64,000 bases of DNA. It comes from Eledone cirrhosa (Eukaryota). The first letter of the stretch is position 1; each line of letters opens with the position of its first letter. Under the pieces are notes generated by a model. The model made no database searches. It saw only the letters and a program-made list of their open reading frames with translations, and had not been told where the DNA came from. Both the position numbers and the translations under genes were made by a program. The DNA lies in contig OZ024745.1 of the NCBI GenBank assembly GCA_964016885.1, forward strand, positions 55,056,001 to 55,120,000. Reading direction: 5' to 3'. Shown piece by piece: positions 40,793 to 53,567 of this stretch.

Positions 40793-43700
40793 ATACCACA
40801 AAAAATATCTTTCGCTGAAACAGTGAACAAGAAACAATATTTTATAAATCTTGACATCTCTAATGCAAGCGATATGCTCCAGCAAGGGAGAAATCTTGTA
40901 ACATTCGAACGACAAGGGTGGGTTTAGAATCAACTGACCCCTCGAAATAAAAGAAGAGACGGTTCGAAGGACAGTGACCTTCAGGACTGTCTCAAACACA
41001 ATGAGAAAGCCAGTATTTGTGAGTCAACGAGACATAGAAGCCACCTTGAAGGAGCCTCTAGAGAATATTGACTTTCTTCAACGGAAGTATTTCCGTACTG
41101 TTTAAAAGCGAGGCACTCGCCCAAAAACATTCTGCGTCACCAAGGTGTCAAAAGCATTCACCTTTTTCCCTACGTACATGGGAAAAAAAGACACAAAAAA
41201 TAAAAATAAAAAGTATACCACCAAACATTAACATCTGGTGGATCTTGGCTGGCTTTGTGGAGCCAGAGACTGATGCAGATGAGGCCGGAGAGTATCTCCA
41301 CAATACCCGAAAAAGTCATCGTCGACGACAAAAACAAGATATACATTTCGGTGGAGGGGTGTAAACCTCATTGCTTTCGCTGTGGTAGCACAGCACACCT
41401 AAAGGCATCCTGACCTTCACAAATACATCACAACAATATCATTAAAAAACACTATTACAAACACTAATACCGAAACAACCACCACCACAAGTACAACAAC
41501 AGACGAAACGAGCAAACACACCAAAACAAACAGACACTCAACCAACAACAACAGAAAAAAACACAGACAACACCTCTGAAGAACACAACCACACCCCATC
41601 ACTCCATCAAACATTACCACAAACGAACACACCGAAACAACATCACCACACAACATTCCCCTATCCCACACTCCTGACGATGATCATTCATCGACGGATG
41701 ACGGTGCTTCTCCTTCTTTAAGTGAAGAAGAATTTTAGCCTCAGAAATCAAGTAAAACAAAAAAAGAGACACCGCAAAACACAAAAAAATCCAATCACCA
41801 GCACCAACACAGAACCACAGACACAAACAACCACACAAACAACACCACAACCAAACCTCCCCCTACCAACAAACAAACACCAACATCACCCCAAGCACAA
41901 AAAAGAAAACTCACAGACGAACAACAAACTAAAACAACACAACCAAAACAAAATCAACAATATACATACATCAAGGCCAACAATAACAATTTAATGGAGA
42001 TCATCTCCCAGGACCGCAAAGTGGAAACTGAGGGGAAAATATTTGTAAAATCTGACACTGCACCACACCTCAGTCTAATAAGGGTTCCGGTAGAAACCTA
42101 CCAAAAACTAAAGAACTAATTTTCACAGGGCGTTGGCAACCCATACCAAAAACCAATAAACCGTGTCCTGTTGAAATGTTTCCCCACCCCACTCAACGCC
42201 CCCACCAAAACTGAAATGGAGATCGAACAACGCGATCTCCAGGAAACGGAAAGGTAAGCGCATCCTTTCGTCCTTGATTTGCCAACTCTTCTACACCAAC
42301 AAGGCGGATTTACGAGTTGAAAGTGTGAATGTGCGTGGCCTAGGGATGCCCTGGAAAGAGGGCAAACTCTTAAACGACCTTAGGTCACACAACAGGCAGC
42401 AGCTGACCCCCAACTTCGACAACTTTGAGATCAACGAATTTCTCTGTCAGCCAAGAGGTGGAGTAGATGTCATGTTTAGGAAAAACCTGGATATCGAAAT
42501 ACAGCAACTACATTTGAACAAGGAAGGGTTGACTGGTAGTCCTAGACGTGAACAGTGTTGGAGGTGGAGCCTTAAGACTGGTGGCCGTTTATGCCCCGAC
42601 TGGGCAATCGCAGACAGACTTCTTCAAGCGTCTAGAGTCTTTTCTGGGAATGTCTCGCTCCTTGCTTTTAGTGAGGGACTGAAATGGTGTCCTAGATGCA
42701 CGATGTGACTATGTGGGATCATGTCCCAGTAGAGGGGGGTGCAGCTGCCTCAAAACTTTAATCGGCCAATTCCAGCTGGCCGATAGGTATCGACTGGATT
42801 TCCCGACTGCACCACAGTGGACGTGGGCAAACCGTAGCTGGACATCTAAATCGTATTTAGATAGGTTCTTCATTAGAGACAGGGACAAGGAGATGTTATG
42901 CTGTCCACGAATACACATGGTTGCCTATTCAGATCCCAAATTAGACGTCTGCATAGTCAACAGTGATAGAACACATAGACATGGACCCGCATACTGGAAG
43001 CTGAACGTGTCGTTGCCAGCACGTAAAGTTTAGAGTGAACAGATAAGTAGACTAGTCAAGCAGCAGTTAACGTGAGCCATCGTCAACAATAGATGGTGGT
43101 ACTCTCTCAAGACAGCAATTAGAGTAGAATCGATAGGGTTTAGCAGAGAGTTAGCTTTAGAGAAAAACAAAATTGAAAGAGAACTAGTAGCCAAGGTAGA
43201 GGTGGAGAAAAACGAAGTCACGGCCAAGGTGTTTGCGCTCACCCAGAAGATGGCAGAGTGCAAACTGTCCTTGAAAGGTCGAGCGGAGGTGGCGAACACT
43301 TTCATAGCGTCCGTCATCTACTACCGTTTGACTGTCGTGCCTTGTCCCCGTGAACACCTCACCAAGATGGAATGCATGCTCTTCCCATTTCTGTAGAAGA
43401 AACAGGCTCCGCTGGTGAGGAGATCCGTCTGCTGTCAGTACCCTTCCAACGGGGGGGGGGGAATGCCGTGGCTGATGATGCGCAAACATGCGCTGAGCCT
43501 GCGGCATATCCAGGTATACCTCACCGACCCACAACCGATGTGGGCACCGTTTGTAAGACAGGCCTTCTTGCAGCTCGTCTCGGTGACGGAGATGCAGTCC
43601 GGGGTCAAGAAAAGACCGAAAATGATGGGCGCCTGGCAAATTGAATGCGCTCAGGCGCTTACTGTCCTCTGGCAAGCGAGCACAGCAATCAGTCGAGACT

Positions 43701-44582
43701 CCACTTCGACATTCTATAGAGGGATTGTATGTTACAAGGACGACGGCTTGCACGGAGAGACTCTGGGCGTCGAAGACGATGAGCTCACCAGTTTGTTTGG
43801 TAGGACTTTCCGCCCGGGACCTATGGACAACATCCAGAGGTCCCTGGCCTGGCAGTGCTACTGAGGAGCTCTACCAGTTCATGACAAGATCTACAAGCAC
43901 GGACGCCCCAGCAGGGATCATTCCAAGAGGACTTCCAAGATGCGCGCAGGACATTGAAGCCATCCTGCACGCAATTGTACACTGCCCGGGCGTAACCGAC
44001 CTGTGGAACTACGCGGAACAACTGCTGTCGCGTATGGGACAAATCCAGTTGTCTGCCAAAGTCCATAGTAAGGACAAACCGCCAACTTCTTTCAAAAACG
44101 AAAGAGAGGCGGTTTCCCTCTGTATAGTGGTTATGGTGAAAGAGGTTATATGGTGGACGAGATTGAGAGGACTGAGGAGAGATGCCTTTCTCTCCGGACA
44201 ACAACTGATTTCGTTCTTTAGATACCAGTTTAGAAGGAGAAGAAGAATGGAGTGAGAGGCACTGCTCCCCAATAAATTTACTGAAAGGTGGGTGAATGTG
44301 GCAAAAATGGCCCGAGTGATTGGACCTTCTCTGTATATAAACCTGTAGGTTGAAGAAGGGAGCAAAAAGAAGAAAGGAGCACTTGCACAACAAGCTCCTG
44401 AAGTTGAGGGTTGTTCTATCGACGGTGTATTAAACAACCCATTTATGGCGCCTCCCCCCTATTAGGGATTTCGTTTGTTATAATTGTTTGTTTTATATTG
44501 TTTTACACGATTGTATGTAAAACACCCGGCATGTCTTTGTTTTGTCCCCCGTTCTTGTGCACCCTTGTGGCTAATAAAGAAA
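40249..44582 (+). mobile_element. Tx1/L1-clade copy 2: ORF1 with zinc knuckle, AP endonuclease, RT deleted, C-terminal region retained
   Basis: CFRCGSTAHLKAS* at ~41372, LRVESVNVRGL, SKSYLDRFF, YWKLNVS, jump near 43200 to KLSLKGRAEVANTF; 3' end CCCTTGTGGCTAATAAAGAAA as in copy 1; (TCTA)n on the 5' side. Confidence 0.88.
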
Positions 44583-44596
44583 TATATCTATCAATA

Positions 44597-44723
<127 letters not shown>

Positions 44724-44817
44724 CAGGAAAGAAGAGTGACACGGTTTGCTATACAAAAAAGGTTTTTAATCTCATTGCTGACAATTGTTTCTCTGAACTG
44801 GTAGGTCTTGTTACCCC

Positions 44818-44865
<48 letters not shown>

Positions 44866-45056
44866 TCAAGGAGGTAGAAGACTAAGAAAAGGGAAAGAAG
44901 AAAAACAGAAACAACAAACACGGACTACAAATGGTGTAAAGAGTCACAAAGGAAACTGTAAGCAACCGCAGGTGAGATGGCATGCGCCCCAAACCGGTAC
45001 GATCGGCCGACCGAACAACAGGAGTGCGGTTAAGATGGAACAAGGAACAGCCAGAC

Positions 45057-45761
45057 GATAGCTAATAAGCTTGAAACTAGTACATCGTTCCTGTGTCAGT
45101 GTTGAACAAAAAGGTGACGTGGTTGCCTAAACACTGTACGGCGTAATTCGGGCTGTTTGTTTGTTTACAATATATGTGTGCATGTATGTATATAAATATA
45201 CATACTACTGTACGTCTGTATACATATATCTATGTACGTATACATATATAAATACTTACATTTAAGTAACTGCCGTACTAAGAGTGAGAAATGAAATTTC
45301 GTTTCATTCTATTCCATTTATCGTTTTCGGTGCGCCCGGCCGACTAAACTCACTCGATATGCAAATTAGGCTGCTCAGCCGTTAATATGCATAAGGAAAG
45401 TATATACTTTCAGACGTTCGTTCAACCATCTGGCAGGAAGGTATACGATGGTGAAGATAGCTAATAAGCTTGAAACTAGTACATCGTTCCTGTGTCAGTG
45501 TTGAACAAAAAGGTGACGTGGTTGCCTAAACACTGTACGGCGTAATTCGTGCTTTTTGTTTGTTTACAAACAAACCAACCATTATAATAAATGTTCCGTA
45601 ATCCGATACGTGCATATATATGTGTGTGCATGTATGTATATATATATATATATATATACTACTGTACGTCTGTATTCCTATATGTATGTACGTATACATA
45701 CTTACATTTAAGTAAGTGCCGTACTAAGAGTGAGAAATGAAATTTCGTTTTATTCTATTCC

Positions 45762-45765
<4 letters not shown>
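45057..45765 (+). repeat. Tandem repeat with 399-bp period carrying a hammerhead motif (retrozyme- or pLTR-like)
   Basis: GATAGCTAATAAGCTTGAAACTAGTACATCG at 45057 and 45456; downstream blocks also repeated. Confidence 0.85.
45445..45487 (+). ncRNA. Minimal type I hammerhead with mutated core (GTGAAGA)
   Basis: ACGATG-GTGAAGA-TAGCT AATA AGCTT-GAAA-CTAG-TA-CATCGT; perfect 6-bp stem I. Confidence 0.65.
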
Positions 45766-45827
<62 letters not shown>

Positions 45828-46769
45828 AGTCTTAACTTTGAATCCCGAAATTTCCTCTGTTAAAGGTGCATAAAATACTCCAGTGCAATGATCAACAGGT
45901 AGCGACCCTGTATCTCAAAGATCTCCATCATCCATCGGGTATGATGGGCTAGGCCCTGGTTTTCGTGTAGAGCAGTGATATCAGTTCCACTAATTTCTTG
46001 AGGATTCCACGAGCCTGTAAGATTTTCATCGGGAATTGATGCAAGATATGAAGACTGTCAATGTGCGTTGGGCTGAGCATAAATGAGAATATCAGGTGAG
46101 AACATCAAGCAGTAAGAGATCCTGAATCTGGTCGAAAAGGCGCTATAAAATTCCACTCAATCGACATCCGTAATTGGTAAACCAGTTGTATAAAAATGTA
46201 GGAGTGTTTCATATCTCTCCTATGCCCAGGAAATATGTGGAACGATAAAAATGTACTATAACAATGCTCTGGATAAAATCAGTTTTACTGGGATGCTAGT
46301 GTACATGGAAAATACGTCAAGTATTCTATATGCATGGAACACAAATATGCGTAAATAACATAGTATATCCCATTTCATTCATGGTAAATTAATACATCAT
46401 TCTTCATTCAAGTTATTCTGTGTGGACATAAATGCTAGTAAAGTCTAAACGTACTCCTGATGAATGCTAGCGATTGCTGTCTGGAAATCAGTCTAAAAAA
46501 CTGCTTGTAATAATACAAACGCAAATGTACTCTTCCTATACCCCAACAACACATCTGCACTACTATAGATCAAGTGTTTCCTGTCCACAAATAATAATCT
46601 GCCGTTCTGAAGTCGTGATGGATAATATTGTTCTTATTATAGCAGATAATATACATGAAAAATAACGTGAATATTCTTTTTCTATCATGGGATGGATATA
46701 GAACGGGTAGCAGAAAGGGTTACCCCAGCTAGATGGCTGGAAAGAATAAAAGAGTACGTATACATACAT

Positions 46770-46873
<104 letters not shown>

Positions 46874-46877
46874 TTTA

Positions 46878-46916
<39 letters not shown>

Positions 46917-47047
46917 TATATATATGTATGTATATATATATAATATATGTTCTATGCAAATTAGTCTACCCACTACTAATTTTCATAGAAAAAGCATATA
47001 ACGATATGTGCTTTTACAATTCTCTAGAGAAGCCGGAAGATGGGTAT

Positions 47048-47090
47048 ATATTGCTGATGAGATGTAATAACATCGAAACTAGTCCAATAT
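47048..47090 (+). ncRNA. Intact minimal type I hammerhead ribozyme
   Basis: ATATTG-CTGATGA-GATGT AATA ACATC-GAAA-CTAG-TC-CAATAT; all core nucleotides present, predicted cleavage after 47084, stem I extendable outward. Confidence 0.9.
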
Positions 47091-47381
47091 TCCTGTCTGG
47101 CTCTCTGGAGAATAGAGGAAATGTGTTTCCTTGAAAACTCGTATGACTCTAAAACCCGGTCCGTCTGCGTGGTTACATACAGACTAGCTGGACACTCACT
47201 GTAAAGTGTCTAGTGAAAAACTCAGTACATGTACATATGTATACATGTGTGTATTTATATGCATACTAATACTTCCGTATACATATGTAGATGTACACTT
47301 TAACTTAATTGTTTAAGCGTCAGTCATACAAAAGTGAGTTAGAAGCGAAACGAAATTTAATTTCGTTTCGTTATTTGTTTT

Positions 47382-47422
<41 letters not shown>

Positions 47423-47458
47423 ATTAATAAATGGAAACTATATTTATAAAGCCATATT

Positions 47459-47523
47459 TATTTCATTATATATATTTCAAGGATACCAAGTTAAATCATG
47501 GTATGCCTTCATCAGACAAAATA
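47459..47523 (-). ncRNA. Type I hammerhead ribozyme, left arm of the palindrome
   Basis: Reverse complement of the motif at 47664-47728. Confidence 0.78.
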
Positions 47524-47663
47524 CAATATATAACATATTTACAAATAGATATTGAGGTACCCTTTCAAAAGGTGACCGTTGTTTTTGGAGACCATCCGGA
47601 TAAAACAACGGTCACCTTTTGAAAGGTTACGTCAATATCTATTTGTAAAACTGTTATATATTG

Positions 47664-47728
47664 TATTTTGTCTGATGAAGGCATACCATGATTTAACTTG
47701 GTATCCTTGAAATATATATAATGAAATA
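47664..47728 (+). ncRNA. Type I hammerhead ribozyme, right arm of the palindrome
   Basis: TATTTTGT-CTGATGA-AGGCATACCA...TGGTATCCTT-GAAA-TATATA-TA-ATGAAATA. Confidence 0.78.
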
Positions 47729-47855
47729 AATATGGTTTTATAAATAAAGTTTCTATTTATTAATATTGTATATCTACTCCAAATATTTGTCGAGTGCTTT
47801 ATATCAGTTATAATAATATTTGCTTGTTGTATCCCAACAATTTAAATAGAAATTT

Positions 47856-47905
<50 letters not shown>

Positions 47906-48521
47906 AATTAATATGAAGAATTAGAAATAGGACTATCCATCATCAGTGATCTACTAGCCATCATAGGCATTAAAGACCAGATACCTCAGCCTAGCGCGAA
48001 CAATACCTAAAATAAGTTATTGGGATTAAAAGAATTGGGTGGAGAAAGAGAGATAGGTAAATAAAGATGAATGGCGAGGCAACGTAAAGAGAGGAAAAAA
48101 TGAGAAAATCAAGTCAATGATTCGTTTGTACATAAGAACTTGCGAATATTGACGAGAAGACGAGAGACACATCCCAACCATGCGAAAGTAAGCGAGGAAA
48201 GAATTACGCACAGTGTGGGACGAGGGAGGAAGTGAGAGAGAGAGAGTGAGTAGCAGAGAGTGAGTGAGTGAAAGTGTGAGGAAGAGGCTAGCCGAGAGTG
48301 ACTAGCAGAGGGGTGAATGAAAGTAAGAGGGAGAAGGATATATATATATATATATATATATAGCTAATTAGGTGGGTAACTTGTAATTACTAGCGGTGAC
48401 GCTGGTCGAAGCACTCGATGCTGGTCTCTCGTTCGCTTGTGCACCAGGTTTAAGACGACTGTATTTTACAGAGTGTATATGAAGTGACAATAAGAATAGC
48501 AGCTGTTTGTAAACTTGATTA

Positions 48522-48600
48522 CATATTACGATTTGTTTCCATATCGATCAGCTCATGTATGATCGGATCCCGGCTCTTAATCGATACTTCTTCTGATATG
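48522..48600 (-). ncRNA. Decayed type I hammerhead (core CAGAAGA)
   Basis: Minus strand CATAT-CAGAAGA-AGTATCGAT...ATCGATATG-GAAA-CAAATCG-TA-ATATG. Confidence 0.5.
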
Positions 48601-51357
48601 ATAGTTTACAAACATTTAGATCGTTTTTGTCTTGTAGTATGTTATTTCAATTGGATTAAGTGCAGAAACTACAACATTTAGTAAGCTGTTACATAGAACT
48701 TGGTAGGAGAAACGGAGAGAAAGTAGCCAATTAGACCTTTAACAGATATATTAATAATATAATATTTAAATTACAATTAGTAATGTCCCATTAACTATGT
48801 ATATACCACGCAGTTTCAAGCCAAGACAAACTTTACCAATTACCATAAATGTTAATTAATAATTAACAAAATGAGGGCGATGGTTGCCTTCAGTAGGCCG
48901 TCCTAATATTGTTACAGGATATTGTCTATCGACAGTTAATTCAAACTGAAAGTGGACAATAGAATTAGAACAGTAAGCGGATAGCAAACAGCTTAAGCGA
49001 ACAATACACTACAATGAAGATATATGTTAGTTTAACGCTTGAAATAGTAGGAAACGTTATTAAACTTTTCGTATGCTAGACCTACACGAAGAACAAAGGA
49101 AGAAATAGAATGATAGAAGACAGTGAGAAGGGGAAGAAACGGAAAAGGTACATTTTGGGGAACCAACGTATATATTGAAAGACAAACGTTTGGGCGAATA
49201 TATAATTTGAATATTTGTGTTACAAACTATGATGCTGCATTTTAAGATAGACTTTAGAAATATATCCATCTCAAAGATCTGATGACATGGCTCCACCCCA
49301 ACTATTTATAAAGCTTTACATTTTAATACAGCTATCCTTTATTACATTTGCATGAATCTGGAATTTGTCATTAAACTAGGAAGAGGATGATTCAGCATGT
49401 ACCATTACAATTCCAATACAAGAAAACGTCTAATCTTGATTCGATATATAGTAGATTATGAAAACCTAATATTTTTATACACGTTACCGCGTTTTATAAA
49501 GATAAATAACTGAAAATGTCCAGATGGTATACTGTTTCGCCGAAAACGTTTCCATTTTCAGATAGAAATTTGGATGTTAATATCTGAAAATGGAAATCCA
49601 AATCTAAATGTATGTAGGTGAGGGAATAGCTTTAGATGGCAAATACACATTTTAACTTTACTATCATGTTCCTTACATATGTCGTGCGATATATTTAATA
49701 AACAAGACTTAGTAGTGCGTTTCTAAATTAATGTTATTAGGCACATTTTTATTAAATATGGGACATATTATTTGTATGTAGTAGTGTAACTCGACTATCC
49801 TTTACGATTATAAAGGATTTGCTATATATCCATATTTAAAATTAAAATAGAATGATTAGTTTCATATGATGAATAAAATAAGTATAACGTCGGTAGCAAG
49901 CGGCTATCCTCTGTAAGAGAACATTTATATTTTGCTAAAGTTTATGAAGTTCTATTTTCAATATCGTTATATAGCGTTTTCGCTGAAAAAAAGGTGTAAG
50001 GACTCCAATAACCGGTGAAGGAACGGAAGATGTATTTTTAAAACACATGGATCTCGTGTGTTCTGTTCAAATAATTACTCAAATATCGTGGATTACTATA
50101 CCTTCATACATATATCTATCTCTTTCTATAAATATGGTGTATCGCTTGATACTTATGCATTAACACCACGGATACGTTTTTTTAGTGCAGCTAGGAACTT
50201 GCCTATGACTGGCAATACCATGCATCACATATCAAGTTATACCTGTGCTTGATGATTTTTTTAAGTGAGAAAAGGCTTTGCTCGGGGCCAATCTCACTCT
50301 CTTAACATCAAGTGTATTTACCCTAAAAGAAGAAGTGATCTACCCCATTGTTTGCAAATGAAGTCGCGGGTTCTATAGCAGTGTGAACTTCTCATAGTGA
50401 GGTGTCACAATGAAGACTAGGTATCTCTTGCTCCACAAAAAAATGTTTTATTGGGTGGCCGTTGACTGTTCTAAGTTTCTCGGCCCTTTGACAGGTTTTG
50501 GTTTTCAACCCACAAGGTGTCCAAAATCACTCTTCTTACCAAGCAACCTTAGTGTGGTTGCCGGTTTAGTCACCAGCGACCCGACCATACACAACTTGTA
50601 CTAGGTTACATGTTACCAGTAGCGCTGAAGAGCGATCTAACATAACCTATATCTGCGTGTTTATGTGTGTGCATATAATTTCAAACATAACATATTATAA
50701 ATGTGATATTGAAGCCAGTTTCTGCCCTGATACGTTTTTAAAACGGAATGTAGAAATACAATATATTTGCATATATGTAATTATATAAATAGATTTAGAG
50801 CCATGTATCATTGAGAAAAACAGAGAGGCATAGGAAAAATTCTAAAGCGAGGTGAGATGATGAATGCATAAAATTAAAAATTTGTCTGGACACAATGACG
50901 TAGGTCAAAATGAAATCCTATCATTCGTTTGACAATGAGAATATCAATGAGAGTATTTTCATAGGGATAATCTAGTTTTATATTACCTACAATATATTGA
51001 TATTGACCAACAATATTGTAACGTAAATTCATCAGCAATTGCCTCTTTTTACAATATTTTCTTACTTAAATATTACTTTACCACGTAGATATAATAACTC
51101 GTCATTAAACAATATATTACCTCAAACGACACTCTCAATAAGGAATTGTTTGACCTTCATCGTGTAAAGCGCATGATTTGTATTTGTCTTCATAATAATT
51201 GAAATGTAAACGATTACCTGCATATGGTTAGTCGATTATTGGTGTTAGAACTCTATGTACTACGGAAATATATTTTCCAAAGAGATTAGAAGATAAGAGT
51301 TTTTGTTTTCGTAGTAGGCCATCATCCCATCCTGGGAAATTCAAACGGACTACAGAG

Positions 51358-51397
<40 letters not shown>

Positions 51398-52544
51398 GGT
51401 GGGTAGGAATGAGGCTGAATGAAAGAGAAAGAAAATGTTGGAAGTACACATTCATGACACTATTCGACTATCATGAAAATGTTATGAATACTTTGTATAG
51501 TTTATTAAATCCCTATCTGCTAATTCTCAAGTGAATGGTTGCCTTATATTTAGGCATATCTTAAACGGATTATTGACATATAATTCCGTTTCTCAGTTGG
51601 AACCACTATGTGTAAGAAGAACAACTTATCATGGTTAAGTAGAACCCAAATTCAAAAAGTGAGGGAAGGGGGTATACCATACAAAGTTTTCCTCTATGTT
51701 AGAGACATTTATTTTATCATTTCCACAATGTTGAAAGCCTGTTACTCAGAAAGGAAAGCAACCACATCAAATAGTTTATAGCATCTAGTATGTAACTTTA
51801 CTGCTTCTGTCGACTCTTTATTATACGTGTAATGGTCTATGATTCATTCAGCATAGAATCAAACATCGAAAGGCTACAGTAGTTTGTGTGCTTAAACAGT
51901 TAATACGTTCCCTTTGAAATGACACGGAAAGCGAAAAGATAACCAGCTATGAAAGCAAGCGAAAGGATCTCTTAAATCAATGGGTTCGTAAACGTCTGTA
52001 GGCGGATATATCTAGTTTGGATGTAATAGCTTGGATTTATGAGTAATCATTTCATCCCATTAGTTGGTTAAACGACTTACTCTTCTCTACATTGATGGAT
52101 CAAGAATAAGCCAGTTCAATTTGAATCTAGGGAAGATAAAATATGTCATATCTCCTAGATTTTTATTAACCAAATACATGATAACCGATATTCATATTCT
52201 CAGATGTTTCCTTTGTAACGTATTCTAATAACCAAAGAAAAAAAAACCACATATATTTTTACACATCAGTTTCAAACCTGAAACCAACAAGAACTAACGC
52301 AACGAAACAAAGGCATGTCACCAAAGATATATATTTTAGTACAAATGATGCGATAGAAGCAGACAAATGATATTACTATATATATATATATATACAGTAT
52401 TTTCCGTTGTGTTGTAATATAAATATTACACACAGTAGATTATCAGCTCACGTAGAGTTTGCTCGACGGTTCCAGTTGTAGTTCCAAAAGTAATCCGGAG
52501 AAAAATAGAAAGATTTGAATGGATACAGTTTAGTAGAAAGGAAT

Positions 52545-52664
52545 TTATTGACACGTGTTTCTATAACAGTTACATAACCTAAAACAGCTGCTATCTACAA
52601 ACTTTTAGTTATGCAGACATTCAATATTTCAATGTTATTATTTACTGTCATTTCATCAGAATAA
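52545..52664 (-). ncRNA. Long-stem-II hammerhead (pLTR copy D)
   Basis: Minus strand TTATT-CTGATGA-AATGACAGT...ACTGTTATA-GAAA-CACGTG-TC-AATAA; A.A mismatch at the base of stem II. Confidence 0.68.
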
Positions 52665-53221
52665 TATTACTGAGAGCCTATTTCGTTTTTATAGAGAATA
52701 TTAGGAGGGAGGGGTGAAGTTGTTAGAAGAATAGTTGAAGGAGTGGTTTTTCGATAGCAGTGAGAATTCTTGGTGGCAGTGAGTAATTAGATTCCCATCT
52801 GTTGTTTTGACATTTTTTAATAGAATATATTATTGGTTATTTTTCTAAATCTATAGAAGGATTAGAGATAGTAAAGATATGCGTGGTTGGTTTTGTGTTT
52901 GCACTTAATTAACATTCAGACTTAAATTTTTCTTTCAAGTGTACGTATCCTTTCACCCACGCATTCACACACAAATATATTTGCACACCTCTACAAAATA
53001 CATATACTCACAATTCACATATTCATACTTACATATATATACACATGCATACACATATATATACACACATGTATTCATGTACATACATACGCGCTCATGT
53101 GTATACATTTTCATACTCAACTTATCTTTATATACACACGTATAGACACACACATATATACATACATACTCTAGTCCATGTGTACACACATACACATACA
53201 TACACATCTATATACACATAT

Positions 53222-53300
<79 letters not shown>

Positions 53301-53567
53301 CACTTTAATACATGAATACACTTACATCTAACTATACACATCAAACATATATATATATTTACTTATTTATATACATTTTCACATATATATACATACTTAT
53401 GGACGTTTTTAGACACATTCATTATCGCATATTTGCACCTATTCTCATCAGCATATCTTTCCATTATTAGTGTGGTAATTTAAGGTTATTAATATATGTT
53501 GAGAAGAGATTGTTTTTATATTTTTCTAACTAGATTAAGGTTTATATAGTTGGGGGATGTCCCTCTT

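Larger units (their letters stand above)
47413..47773. repeat. Near-perfect foldback palindrome (~170-bp arms)
   Basis: Centre GGTGACCGTTGTTTT...AAAACAACGGTCACC; arms reverse-complementary with few mismatches. Confidence 0.95.

Noticed and set aside
46448-46500. CTGATGA...GAAATCAGTC hammerhead candidate
   Set aside because: No stem I complementarity and a poor stem II base.
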